The notes under the pieces are model-generated. The model had not been told where the DNA came from. It ran no database searches and was given only the letters and a program-made list of their open reading frames with translations. A DNA stretch of 62,495 nucleotides, counting the filler, from Jimgerdemannia flammicorona (taxonomy: Eukaryota): assembly GCA_003990765.1 (NCBI GenBank). It is 3 parts of 3 records of this genome, joined end to end, with 100 filler letters (N's around TTAATTAATTAA, not from the genome) between each part and the next. Parts side by side here need not be neighbours in the genome. Positions count along the whole stretch, not along the records: positions 1 to 20,771 come from RBNJ01001592.1; positions 20,872 to 41,638 come from RBNJ01001593.1; 1 more part is not named here. One strand, written 5' to 3'. This document shows, piece by piece, positions 12,234-23,854 of this stretch. Positions within the stretch are counted from its first letter, which is position 1. Each line of letters opens with the position of its first letter. The position numbers were made by a program, and so were the translations under genes.

Positions 12234-14170
12234 TGTAATTGTCTATTATTGACAGGAGTTAGTGACAGAAAGGCTGGGAAAAGTGTTGGAAATTATCTTG
12301 GAGAGGATATTGAAATGAACAATCATCTAAGAATGCAAATAGGCCATACCATTTAGCATCTTCCTGAATGCCTCCCAGGGGCCTCTCCAAGGTTGGCAAG
12401 TAACTCTAGCAGGTTGCCATTGTACTTTTCCATCCAAATTAAGACAACATTACTGAGTTTGCCAATATTGATAGTCTTGATGATGTTTGTGTGTTTTGCC
12501 CTTAAAGATATTCAAGTGAGCTGGTTTCAATCACTTTGAAAAGAATTTGACCACTGCTATATGACCTCAGTGTGTCTGGCTTTATAGACTAAACTAAAGA
12601 TCCTACCCCCAGCTTCCTGATAATAGAGATATCTATATTAATACAGGAATCTATAGAAGAGGGTAAGGGTAGGTTCATTAATGAGATCAGATCTAACAAG
12701 GTCAGTCAACTCACTGGGGTTGGCCTTTGATACCATCCAGATATGACTGAAAATCTCCTGAGTGATCTCCTCAAGTTGGGCTTCCCTAAAACCCTCAAAC
12801 ATCTTCATCATACTTCTCTATCATAATGTAGAAAATATTTCCCTCTTTGCCTATTCCAACAGTGGTAACAACATTGCCATATTTGACCTTTGTTGAGATC
12901 TCTATCTCCCAATGGCATTTCTTGAGCTTGCACTAGGATGCTCCTTGCTTGGAGAATCCTTGACTATAGTGATTGAGTATTGGGGGGGTGATGTACTTCT
13001 ACAACTATGCTGAACATTCCAGATCTTAGCTCCAGGTCAGATTCTCATTGATGTGAGAATCCTGGGATTCAGTGAGGTTCTGTAAGGCACTAATATTGGT
13101 AGTGATATATTGGACAGAGTTGGTTTCAGTGAGGTTGTTGACATTGCATGAGGTGAGGTCAGGTCCAAAGTTATTCAATGTGGTTGGATTCATCTTTAGA
13201 GATAATAAAAGAGGAAAAAATTACTCTGCCATAAACTGTCACATTAGACTTACATTTCAAGAATATCAAACATCAGTGAAATAAATATATATATGCAGTA
13301 TGATATACTGCTTGGTTGTTCTGTGAATCATCAGGATGTTGGGATTGTTATTGTGATTTTTATTCATGTTTGCATTAAGCTGATAGATAAAACAATTTTG
13401 GTAATTTATAGTTGTTATGGCCAGTTATATATGCATAAGCTGAATTCTATAACCGATATAATGAATTATATTTTCATGATTACTCTAGAGTTCTTAGACA
13501 TAAATACTTTTGCTATCTTTCTGGGGCTGGAGTCTGGAATTATTATATAAATAACAATAGAGAGAGTTCAAATATCTGAGGAGAATGAACTGTATATCAA
13601 TCATGTTCCAGTAAAATATTCCAATGATATATAGCCTGGAGCACTATCTACTAACTAGAGTTTGTCATTGAAATGAAAATACATGATATATCCAGTATCA
13701 ATCTGAATTCTATATTAGTATCAATGATGTTCACCTGGATTAACCTTTTGGACAGCAAAATAGAAGGAATAAATATATTAACGAAATTCTTTGGGCAAGT
13801 GCTGTTAATAGAGGTCTTTATAAAATAACTCATTGCCAATAATAATGTAACAATATACCTTTTGGTTGTTCAGCATATTGATGTTGCATATCATTGATAT
13901 AAGAGTTGGTGACAGGAAGGATAGGGACATTGTTGAGATACAGGCTTGATTGCCATCAGCTTTCAGAAGAGTTATATAGCAGATGTATTATCTCCTGAAC
14001 ATATCACTCCAGTTCAGCTAACTTTTATTTGAGACAATAAAAGAAGAGAAGTAAATACATTAGTCAAATATTACTATACCTAGTATTGTTAATTGTATGT
14101 TTTAGATAAAATGAACTTATGTCCAAAAACTGGGTGGCCACACAGCATACTTTGTTTTGTGGAGTTATAT
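12234..14170 (-). pseudogene. Decayed coding relic of unknown type (possibly a DNA-transposon gene)
   Basis: Long stop-riddled minus-strand frames starting MNPTTLNNFGPDL at ~13193, CpG-depleted, with partial homology to 157-530. No domain recognised. Confidence 0.35.
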
Positions 14171-14646
14171 ATCATTAATAAGAGTTATTAATAAGAAGTT
14201 TGGAGAAGGTCAGAAAACTGGGAGAGAGTAGGCTGAGGGGGGGGTGGGGATCAGGAAGGCTAAGGTGGAGAAGGTCAGAAAGACTGGAGGGGGGAGAGGG
14301 TGTCTAGAATGATTTTGCACTACCAGCCACTATAGATCTCTACAAAGTACCTAAGGTAGACTAGATGCTTCATTTTGGTTTCTTTAGAATTAAAGGTGAT
14401 TCATTGCAGAAATTACTGACAATTAATAAGAAGGGCAAAGTAGAGAACCTTGTTATGAGTGAGGAACTAAAAGTCTCACACAGACCATAATTTGTCATTA
14501 CAATGGCATATGTCTGAATACCTATTTCAATTCTGTATTAGTAACAATAACAATGGCCTAGGTCAACCTTTGGGAATAAAATCAGAGAAATAAATACAAC
14601 AGTCTATATTATTGCTTTGAGTATTGTTAATCAATAGGTCTATACT

Positions 14647-17600
14647 CAACAACCTTTTACTAGTAACATTCAGGTGACATAAAACTCAGACAATACTTTC
14701 TACAGTGTTTTTGGTACAAGGCAACTAGCAACATAGACAGCAATGAATATACTAGTGAGCATATTAGCCAGGGGGACAGCAGTGCCTTCAACTGGCAGCA
14801 TATAGAGAGAAGGAGGGGAGATGGTTTGGAAATACCAGGGCCTTCTATGGCTGGACACAGCACTGGTGGAGGAGGAAGAGGCAGATTGAGGCAATATGGA
14901 GGAAAGAGGATGATCTTTGCAGATAAAGTCAAGATGGGGAGAATGGCTTCTGGTCTGGATAGTTGGCTGGGCCTAGGGAAGGTATCAGCAGCTACTGTTG
15001 AGGGACAGAGAGGGGCTCCCATGAGAGGATCAGACAGTAGGGGAGGGGGGGGAGTAGGGGCTGAAGATGTGACTGCTGATAGAGCTATAACTGGGGATCT
15101 GGCAAAAAATCCAGATGTGATAGTAGTTGGTAGTTTGAGACAGAGGTGGGCATGAGGCCCAGGAATCTAGCAGATGGTGTAATGGACATGATATTGATAC
15201 CATTACTCAAGAAATCAAGGTTGGAATTTACTATCACATTGTGTTTTCAGAACTTAGCAGTAACTGTAGGATGATCTTAGGACTGGTGGTGTAGGAGGTA
15301 AAGGGAGCAGCTTTGGTGAAGTTCTTGAAGGGAAAAGAAGAGGTTGAGATTGGGTTTGAGAAAGAGGCAGCATTGTTGGTGACTATGAAGAAGGGGGTAA
15401 TAGTGGGCAGGGTGGTGGTCTCTATGGTCAAGTGCATACACTGGGATCCCTGAGTGGTACAGTTGACAGTGTTGGATCTTCCTATGGTATTGAGGAAGAG
15501 GGTCAGAGAGTTGATTTTAGAGGTGGTCAAGGAGTATGAGGAGATTATAGACATCAGGTTCAAAGTCTGGGAGGGTATAGAGCTCTGGACTAGTGATGTT
15601 GACATCTGGGTGAGGCTGGCTGGAAAGGAGAACATGGGGAAGGCAAGGGACTGGCCAGCAACTTTAAAGTGAGAACTGGTGGAGTACAAGGTCTCAAGGG
15701 TAAAAGGGACTCTAGAAGAGGAGGAGAATTTGCTGAAGGCTCTTGAGAATCTAGCAGGAGTGGTTGAGAGGAGGAGATTGGCTTGAAAGGAGTATGAAGC
15801 CAAGACAGTAGTGGAAATGGTAGATGGGAAGAGGGTTAGGATGGACCAAGTAGCCTGAGAGAAGATGCAGGGGAGGCAAATCCAGAAGGAGCTGCTGGAG
15901 ATATTGAGTAGTGGTGGGACTGACAGCAGTATAGTGGAAGGGATAGCAGAATTGTGAGAGAGTACCTGAGTGGGGGAACATAGGACAGCCCAAGGTGGGG
16001 CCCAGGGTGGGGCCCAGGGTGGATTAAGAGAGGAGGGACAGGGCAGCATAGAGGCAGGTGTGGAAATGAGCAAGAAAGTATACCCTCAGTATAGTGTCCC
16101 AGGTGGGGCAGGGGGTGAGGAGGAGTGCTTTGGTGAACCCTGAGGCAGGGGTTGAACAGATTGTCCAGAGTGTGGTAGAGGTAGTGGATAAGGAGAAGGA
16201 GAAGTAGCTGTAGAAGACTCTGGAGGGGGTAGCAGTAGAGGAGCTAGAGGGTGAGGACTTCTAGGTTATGGAAGAGAGATATTAGGAGGAGATTCTTTAT
16301 AGTGAGGAGATACTGAGGAAGGTTAGGAATGAGATTCTGGTAGTACTCTTGGAATCAGTTGAATATTAAGTAGATGATCAGAGAGAGGAGGAACTTTGAG
16401 TAATTGCAAACAAATGGGCAGCATTCTTGTGGAGATTGAGAAAGAAGTTGGAAAATTGAAGAGTAGTCTGCACTAATTATCAGGTAAAGATGGAAGTGGT
16501 GGATAGGGTAGAATGTTAAGAAATCTTAGAGGCATTGGATGCTCAGACTATAGTGGAAGGTAATCTAGAAGCAGAGAGATACTTGGATCTGACTGGGGAT
16601 GAGATGAGCATAAAATACTAGATTGGGTTCTCAAATTCAAACATTATTCAATATGAACAGTATAACTAGAATATTCTCTTTGAACATGAATAGATTGAGG
16701 GGGGCAGCTCAGCAAAGGTATATATTTGGTTAGCTCAGGGGATTGGATGTAGATCTCTTCTTACTACAAGATATATGGTATAAGGTAGATATAGATTTAC
16801 AGAACTAGACTAGGGAATGGGGGGGGGTAGCAGTATAGACTGAGCAGGTGGATATCCTAGTTTGAAAAGAGATGGGAGACATTGGTAATATTGGACATTG
16901 GGGGAGTTAATTGGTGTGGAGAGTGTGAAAGAGGCCTGGATAGAGCCCATTGACTGTGGGGTCATATTATTGTCCAGTAGAGAGGGGGGAGCAGGTAGAT
17001 TAGATTAGAAATTTGAGAGAGGCTGGTATCATAGGTGAGGCAGGGATCAATTGCCTGGAGGGTGACTTTAACATGGTATAAGATAATATAATGGACAAAA
17101 CTGATAGTAGTAGAGGAATGAGGAGCCGAAGTGACAGGTTGGATAATTGGATAGAGATGGAGAGGTTGAGTTCTTTGGTGGATTTGGGAAGATAGTTTTG
17201 AGAGGATCATTGAATTTACACTCACTGGGTAGTGGGGCTGAGCTCTAGGATTGACTGGATATTGATGGCAGAGTATTGGGGAGTAGATGTCTAAACTGTA
17301 CTAGAGGTAGTCTGGTGCCCATGGTCAGATCACTGGGGTCTGTTAGGGGGGGAGAGGTTTGGGGGAAGTAGAGATGGGCCTGGACATTGGTGACTGAATT
17401 CCTCTTTATTAGAGGATGGTACTTTATAGGCTGACTGGGAGGAGGAGATCATGGGAAAATTGATAGGTAGAGGAAAGAGGGCCTAGTAATTGAAGACTGC
17501 TGGTGAAGGCTGAAATCAAGCACTCAGGGATACTGGAGGGAGGCAGGGAAAGAAAGGAGTGTCTAGCAGCAGCAGAGAGTGCTATGGACTTTACAGTGAT

Positions 17601-20365
17601 TGGCAGTACTTCTGGGGAGATGGGCAGAGATATTAGAGAATTGGGAGATAGCCAACTGGCATATTATGTGGATTCAAAAAGAAGTTGAGGAGCTTAAAGA
17701 GGTGATATGAATGGAGAAAAGATTAAGCTAAAGGAGATAGTGGCAAGACTGGGGTGGTAAGGATTGGAGGAGGGCAAGAGACTTACTAGGTTTTTATTGT
17801 GGTTACTATTAGTACAGAGAACTAAACAGCAGTGGAATGGTCTTTTAGATGAGGATGAGGAGATGGTGGTGGAGACTCCAGTAATTCTGGGATTACTAAG
17901 GATCTGCTGAGAGAATCTATAGAGTGAGGAAGAAGGGGGTGAGGATGCCTTGAACATTAAAAGATAGTTGGAGGATTGGCATCCAGACCCAGTAATAGGC
18001 CTGGAGACTCTGGGAGATCCAGTGAGGGGAGAGGAAATTTGTAAGATTTTGGCTTCAACAAGTAAAAAGACAGCACTGAGAGAGGATGGACTTCTCTGAG
18101 ACTTTTGGAAAAAAATGGCAGAAGTGGAGATGGTATTAGAGGAGATGACAGCAATATATAGTGAGGTTCTTCAGTCTAGAAATTGGATTGGGGGCCAGTG
18201 CCTAGGGCTGGTCTCCTTGCTTTATAAGAATAAAAGAAGAAGGGAAAATTGGAAGAACTGGAGACCAATTATACTCCTTGACATGGACTGCAAATTGCAG
18301 GAGATCACTCAACAAGTACTAGGAGTAGAGCAAAGAGGGTTTGTTAGTGGTCAGTTGATCTGGGATGGGACAGCCTGGGTCCATAGAGTAATTGAGAGGG
18401 CTTAGGCTGCCAGGGTTGATGGCAGATTAGTATTTCTGGATCAGGAGAAGGCATATAACAGAGTGAGAAGGATCTGGCTAGAGGGAGTACTGAGATGGAT
18501 AGAGGTTCCCCTAGAGTTTAGAGGGTCACTAATCAGTCTTTTGAAGAATAGTCAGGTGGTATTGGTAGTCAATGAATACAGGAGTATAACTTTTCCTCTT
18601 AGTCATAGGGTGCTGCAAGGAGACCCTTTGTCATCCATCTTATATGCTCTTTCCTTAGAATCCCTATTAGATAGGATCAGGTATTGAATTGGAGATTTGG
18701 ATATTCTAGAGATTAATTGGAAAGTAAGAGCCTTTGCAGATAATATAATAGTTGGAATGAGTTCATTAGAGGATGTGGAGGAATTACAGAGGTCTGTAGA
18801 ATGATATGAGAGGGGCTTGAGTACTAAACTCAACTGGTACAAATGTGAGACTCTGGTACTAGGTAGTGAAATAGTTGGCAGAGACATGATTGAAAAGATA
18901 ATACTAGCAGGAGACTCAATTTATTACCTAAATATCTACTTCTCAGTATATGGGTCTCTCCTGTCTCATATTTAATAAGAACAGCAACTCCTAATATAAG
19001 AAAATATACTCTTATAGTAGGAGGGTTGATATATATCCTTAACAGGAAGGGTAATGGTACTAAATGTATATTAGCTGCCAAAGCTATGGTATGTGAAATA
19101 TCATCTGAACTTTCCAGCATAGGTGGTCTAGTAACTTCTGAAGATGGCAAGATCATGGATCTGGGCTAGACAGCAAAGTCAGATAAGATAAAAGGTTCTG
19201 ATCCTATCTGTGGACAAAGATAGGCTAGGCTTGGTAAACTTTACCAAACATCTTCATTACTTGCAAGTATAGTGGCTGAAGAGAGTGAGTGAGTTGAGGG
19301 GCTGAGAGTGAGTACTATTCATATAGAGAGTTTGAGAGACCAGGTACTCTCTCTAAGAAATATCTAGTGATCTGCTCACTATGATGGCTCTGGATGGAAG
19401 TGAGAAGATGTAATATAAGGACTTTTAGTGAAGAGTAGTAGAGAGCACAAAGAGAATTGGACTCTGATGACAAGGTAGTGAAGGAGAGGAAAATTAGAGA
19501 CTATAGATGTGGCAATGAGACAAACTTCTACTAGATGATACTTTGGTGAAAAATTTCCAACTTGATAATGAAATGGATTATATACAAGACTTAGGAGAGG
19601 ACCTTTGGCCTGAAACATAACAGAAAGTAAGAATTAGCAAGGAGTGGAACTAGAATGATCTTTGGTCTTGAAGCAAATAAGTGATATAGTAACTTTCTCC
19701 CAAGTTCTGAGTGATATGGTGGTAGTTTCTAAAACAGAATGTGATGTTAAACTATCAGTCTGAGTACTTGGTCTGGGTACTTAGTAGTAGATAACACATT
19801 TAAATATGAGAAATATATAAATATTAGGCAAAAAGAGAGAGTGATACAAATACCTGAACATTGACTTAACAAGTACAACATTCTAGAAAAGTTTTGACAT
19901 TATATTGTAAACCAGTTAAAACTACAAGCCTTGATGAAAAGAAAAGAAGAGAAATGAAAAAACCTCTGCCAAAAATTAATGAGAGAGATTGAAGATAAAT
20001 AACTGATCCTAAATTGAGCTCTAGCAATCTGAGTTAGACTGACTGGATATTGATTACATATATATATTAAAAAAAAACCAACAAATTGAAATTAAGTCTA
20101 AGATAACATAATGAGAATAGCTATTACTGAATGTTTTAAATAACTAGTAAAGAGGGTGAAGATTGGGTGGAAAGAGCCAATAAAGTTTGGTAAATTATAT
20201 TTATCAAAAAAGTGAAAAAAAAGATTCAGGTAATAGATGACTGAGTTATCCTCTAATAGAAAGAGAGTAAAAAGTAGGAAAAAAGATCCAAGAAATATTA
20301 GTTGAGAGGATGTAGGTGAAATTGTATTATTATTTATAGATTGAGATGGTAATAAAGTTGCAGTC
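14647..20365 (+). mobile_element. Full-length, heavily mutated L1/Tx1-like LINE (A)
   Basis: Shared 5' motif ttttactagtaacattcaggtgaca, ORF1 and ORF2 (ATG at 16653; APE endonuclease; RT with QGDPLS and FADN) colinear with LINE C. AATAAA at 20351; no poly(A). Confidence 0.92.
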
Positions 20366-20771
20366 TCTTGGACTGCCCTTTATTACCGAAGTCTATAGTG
20401 TTAATAATACAATATCACCCACTCTCTCAACCAATACCCTGGGGGCCCAACCCCCCTGCCCAAGTACCACCTGATCACCCACTACCTGAACCCTCCCATC
20501 ACTCTTCTGGGAGATATATTGCACCAAACCACTGCGGTACCCCCCACCTATCCCCCAACCCCGCCACCAGCTATTCAAAATGTCCAACAGCAACCATTCC
20601 CACCATGCCACCTTTTCACCAACTCTAACCTGATGCCTGTCCTCAAATACATATACCCAATGTCCCACCAATCCAACCCACATAGCTAAGGCCCAGCCAA
20701 GGGTCAGCCACTCATCCCTGACCCCACCCACTAATCGCCAGTAAAGCTCTCCCCATCTCCTCCCTCTTTTT
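20362..20771 (-). mobile_element. LINE 3' end (D), tail-to-tail with LINE A, cut by an assembly gap
   Basis: ORF 20393-20731 (GGVRDEWLTLGWALAMWVGLVGHW) matches the ORF2 C-terminus of LINE B. Confidence 0.88.
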
Positions 20772-20871
20772 NNNNNNNNNNNNNNNNNNNNNNNNNNNNN
20801 NNNNNNNNNNNNNNNTTAATTAATTAANNNNNNNNNNNNNNNNNNNNNNNNNNNNNNNNNNNNNNNNNNNN
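20772..20871. other. Assembly gap spacer
   Basis: 44 N + TTAATTAATTAA + 44 N, an artificial six-frame-stop linker. Confidence 0.97.
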
Positions 20872-21076
20872 AAAAAAATAAAAAAAAGCATTACCTCATC
20901 AGAAAAAGGTTCACCCTGATCACAGACCATGCAGCTCTCAAATAGCTATTCAACTACAAGGAACCCATCAGAATCCTAGCCCACTGGATCCTTATCCTTC
21001 AGGATTACAAAATCACCATCATCCACAAAGCAGAGAAAGCTCACAACAATGTTGATATACTTTCCCACCAGCCCCA

Positions 21077-22142
21077 ATGAATCAGAAGAAGAGTGTCCCA
21101 AGGAACTGCACCCTAAAGAAAGCTCCTCAGACCATTAAGGCACAAGAAAATCTCATCCGAAATGAACATCAGAAAGCCCACCAAGGACAGGTGAATGTAG
21201 AACAGAAGCTGCAAACAATACACCAATATTGACCCAATCATAGAATATAAGTCTGGGACATACTCAAGAAATTGACATCTGCCAGAAGTACCAAGAAAGG
21301 AAGAACTATTAAGTACTACTGAAATCAATTGCACTACCAGACAACATCTTTCAGAGATGGGGAATAGATGTAATTGGACCTCTACCAGTTATGCCAAGAA
21401 GAAACAAATACATCCTTGTATTTGTGGAATATCTGACCAAGTGGCCTGAGGCTTTCCCAATGGAAATCGCAGATGCCTTAATCATTGTAGGCCTTCTCCA
21501 TGGACTCACACTCAGATATGGATCCCCAGAAGAACTCATCTCTGACTGAGGTACAGAATTCATCAACTACATAATCACAAGTTATACCCAAATTTACAAG
21601 ATCCACCTCAAACAGACCACATCATACTACTCTCAGACCAATGGTATGATAGAAAGAATGAACCGGACCATCAAGAAAGAACTTGCCAGAGTCAATCCTA
21701 CCAATTGGGACCTCTGCTTACCTGAGATCCTATGGGAAATTCGGAATACCCCTGCTGTCTCCACCAGATAAAAGTCATTTGAAATGATGTTTGCCAAGAA
21801 GACCAGAACTGCTCACCATGAGAATCTTGGAGACCTCCTCAAGAAGGCAGAACAGTTACATAATCAAGCCTGAGGTCAGATTATCAAAGCCCAAGAAAGA
21901 CAAAAGAAGTATTATAACTAGAAACAGAAGGATCAGGAGATCAAGATTGGAGATCAAGTATTAGTTTGGAGAAGTATGATTGAAACAAATTTTGCCACCA
22001 AATTGGAATCCAAATGGGAAGGACCTTATCTTGTACCAATATCAGAGGAACCAGTATCTATTTAAGAAGCATGGATAGACAAACCCTGAGAATACCAGTA
22101 TACATCAATTGCCTCAAACTATATCTTCTCTCTACACCATGA
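21077..22142 (+). pseudogene. Gypsy integrase in its own reading frame
   Basis: MNQKKSVP...NEHQKAHQG...Y*P...DICQK (HHCC), WGIDVIGPLP, EELISD*GTEF, TNGMIERMNRTIK and KWEGPY, with stops and frameshifts. Confidence 0.92.
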
Positions 22143-22654
22143 GCTTAAGGATTGATCAGCACCTCCAGACATTGGTCCTCAGCTCCTTCCAAGCCCTACC
22201 AGTTCCTCTACCCCAATTCGGTCAAGCTAATGGAAACCTCCTTCAGAAGATCCAAGTTTACCAAAAAAATCTCACCCTGGCCAGGTGTCTACTACAAGTC
22301 CACCAACTGCAGGCCTATTATGTAATCAGTGAACAATTGCAGAACCTTCCAGCCCCAGAGCAGACCTATATCAGGAATACCACAGGTTTGACTAGAAGAG
22401 ATACCACTGCCATAGACAGTCTATATACCATTTATAAACAAAATGTCACAGCTCTGACACCGGCACAGTTCTCCCTGAATGACATTCAAGGAATGAACCC
22501 TATTACCTATTTGAGCATCATCAATTCCATTGAAATTCTATTCTCTGAAGAAGAAGAAGAGCCCATAGAATGGAGTGAACCTAGTACAGACAATGAAGAT
22601 GATGGAACAGATATAGATGCAGAAGCAGCCTATGCTTATTGGGATGATGATTGA
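22139..22654 (+). CDS. Gypsy accessory ORF3, unknown function (171 aa, acidic tail)
   Basis: Open frame MSLRIDQHLQ...AAYAYWDDD between the integrase stop and the PPT, with a homolog in copy 1. Confidence 0.75.
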   Translation: MSLRIDQHLQTLVLSSFQALPVPLPQFGQANGNLLQKIQVYQKNLTLARCLLQVHQLQAYYVISEQLQNLPAPEQTYIRNTTGLTRRDTTAIDSLYTIYKQNVTALTPAQFSLNDIQGMNPITYLSIINSIEILFSEEEEEPIEWSEPSTDNEDDGTDIDAEAAYAYWDDD

Positions 22655-23854
22655 AGAATAGTCTGAGACAGACTATCCTTCAGTTGGGGCTGATATAACA
22701 AACCAAAATGTACTATCTGAATTATAACTTAGCCAGATAATGTGAAGAATTAGCATATGTAACCAGATAATATAGGTTCCAGTATATCATAGTTACTCTT
22801 GCCTGCTATACTTATAATTAGCCAGATATACTAGATAGGATCTGATTACCTGTACAGACTCTGTACACTGTACAGACTCTGTACACTGTACAGGTCCTGT
22901 ATACCATACAGACTCTGTACACCTGCCATAAGTAGCAGATCTATAGTTAGCCACAACTAACCAGATAGTAACCAACTTGTATAAATTACTCCAGAGACAA
23001 GAGTGAATAAACCTCAGTCTGAAATATAAACCAAAGAAGCCTCTAAAGATTGAGCATTGGTCCCCTTTTCACTCCAGTCCACTTTCTAATATAAAGCTTA
23101 AAGATTTTGATGCCAAGTTCAAGTAAAGAACTTTGCTGCCTTTGGAATTATTGGTACTCTTGCTAGACTAAGCCTAAAGAACCCACCACTTAAGGAATAA
23201 GCTGTGCTATTGGTACACTTGCTAGACTAAGCCTGAAGAATTCACATTTGCCACCAAAAGTTCTAGGAAGAACTTTGCTGTCATTTTCAAGAAGTCCACC
23301 AATTTCAGAGGATCCATGTCATCTACTGTTTCCAAATTATTTGCTGCATTCCCAGAAAGCTGCTTTGCTCAAGCTAATTTCTGATGAAACTTCGCAGTGA
23401 TTCATTCACACAAATGAAGCCAGCCTTTGATGCAACTTTGCCAAGAGACCCTTTTCCAAAAAGTCACCAGCACATTTCCCTGTTGAAGCTATCACTTCTA
23501 AGTTATCTGCATTCCCAGAGAACCCTGCCAATTCAGGAAGAATCTGTGCTACCTGAATAGTATTCTCAGTTGAAGCCACTGATTCAGAAGAATCTGCACC
23601 ATCCGAGTTATTTCCCAGAGAGCCACTAATTTAGGAAGAATCCATGATACCTGAGTTACCCAAGTTACCCAAGTTACCCGAGTTCTTGAACTATCCACCT
23701 CCCATGACATCAGAGTTGTCCAAGTTACCCAAGTTATCTGCTGCCAAGTTATTCATTTTTTTTTTTTATTTTTTTTTATTTTTTTTTATAGTCACCTCGA
23801 CTGCCCTTTATTACCAAAGTCTATAGTTCTAACAATACAATATCACCCCCACCC

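Noticed and set aside
20816..20827. TTAATTAATTAA palindrome, also at 41683-41694
   Set aside because: It sits centred in identical 100-nt N spacers and is an artificial scaffold linker. Adjacency across these gaps is therefore uncertain.
22850..22925. 18-bp palindromic repeats resembling a CRISPR array
   Set aside because: They are tandem with no unique spacers, lie inside an LTR in eukaryotic DNA, and have no cas genes nearby.
531..23750. Gypsy copies 1 and 2 as the arms of one giant inverted-repeat element
   Set aside because: They are diverged, independently mutated insertions with different LTR lengths, and a gap separates them.
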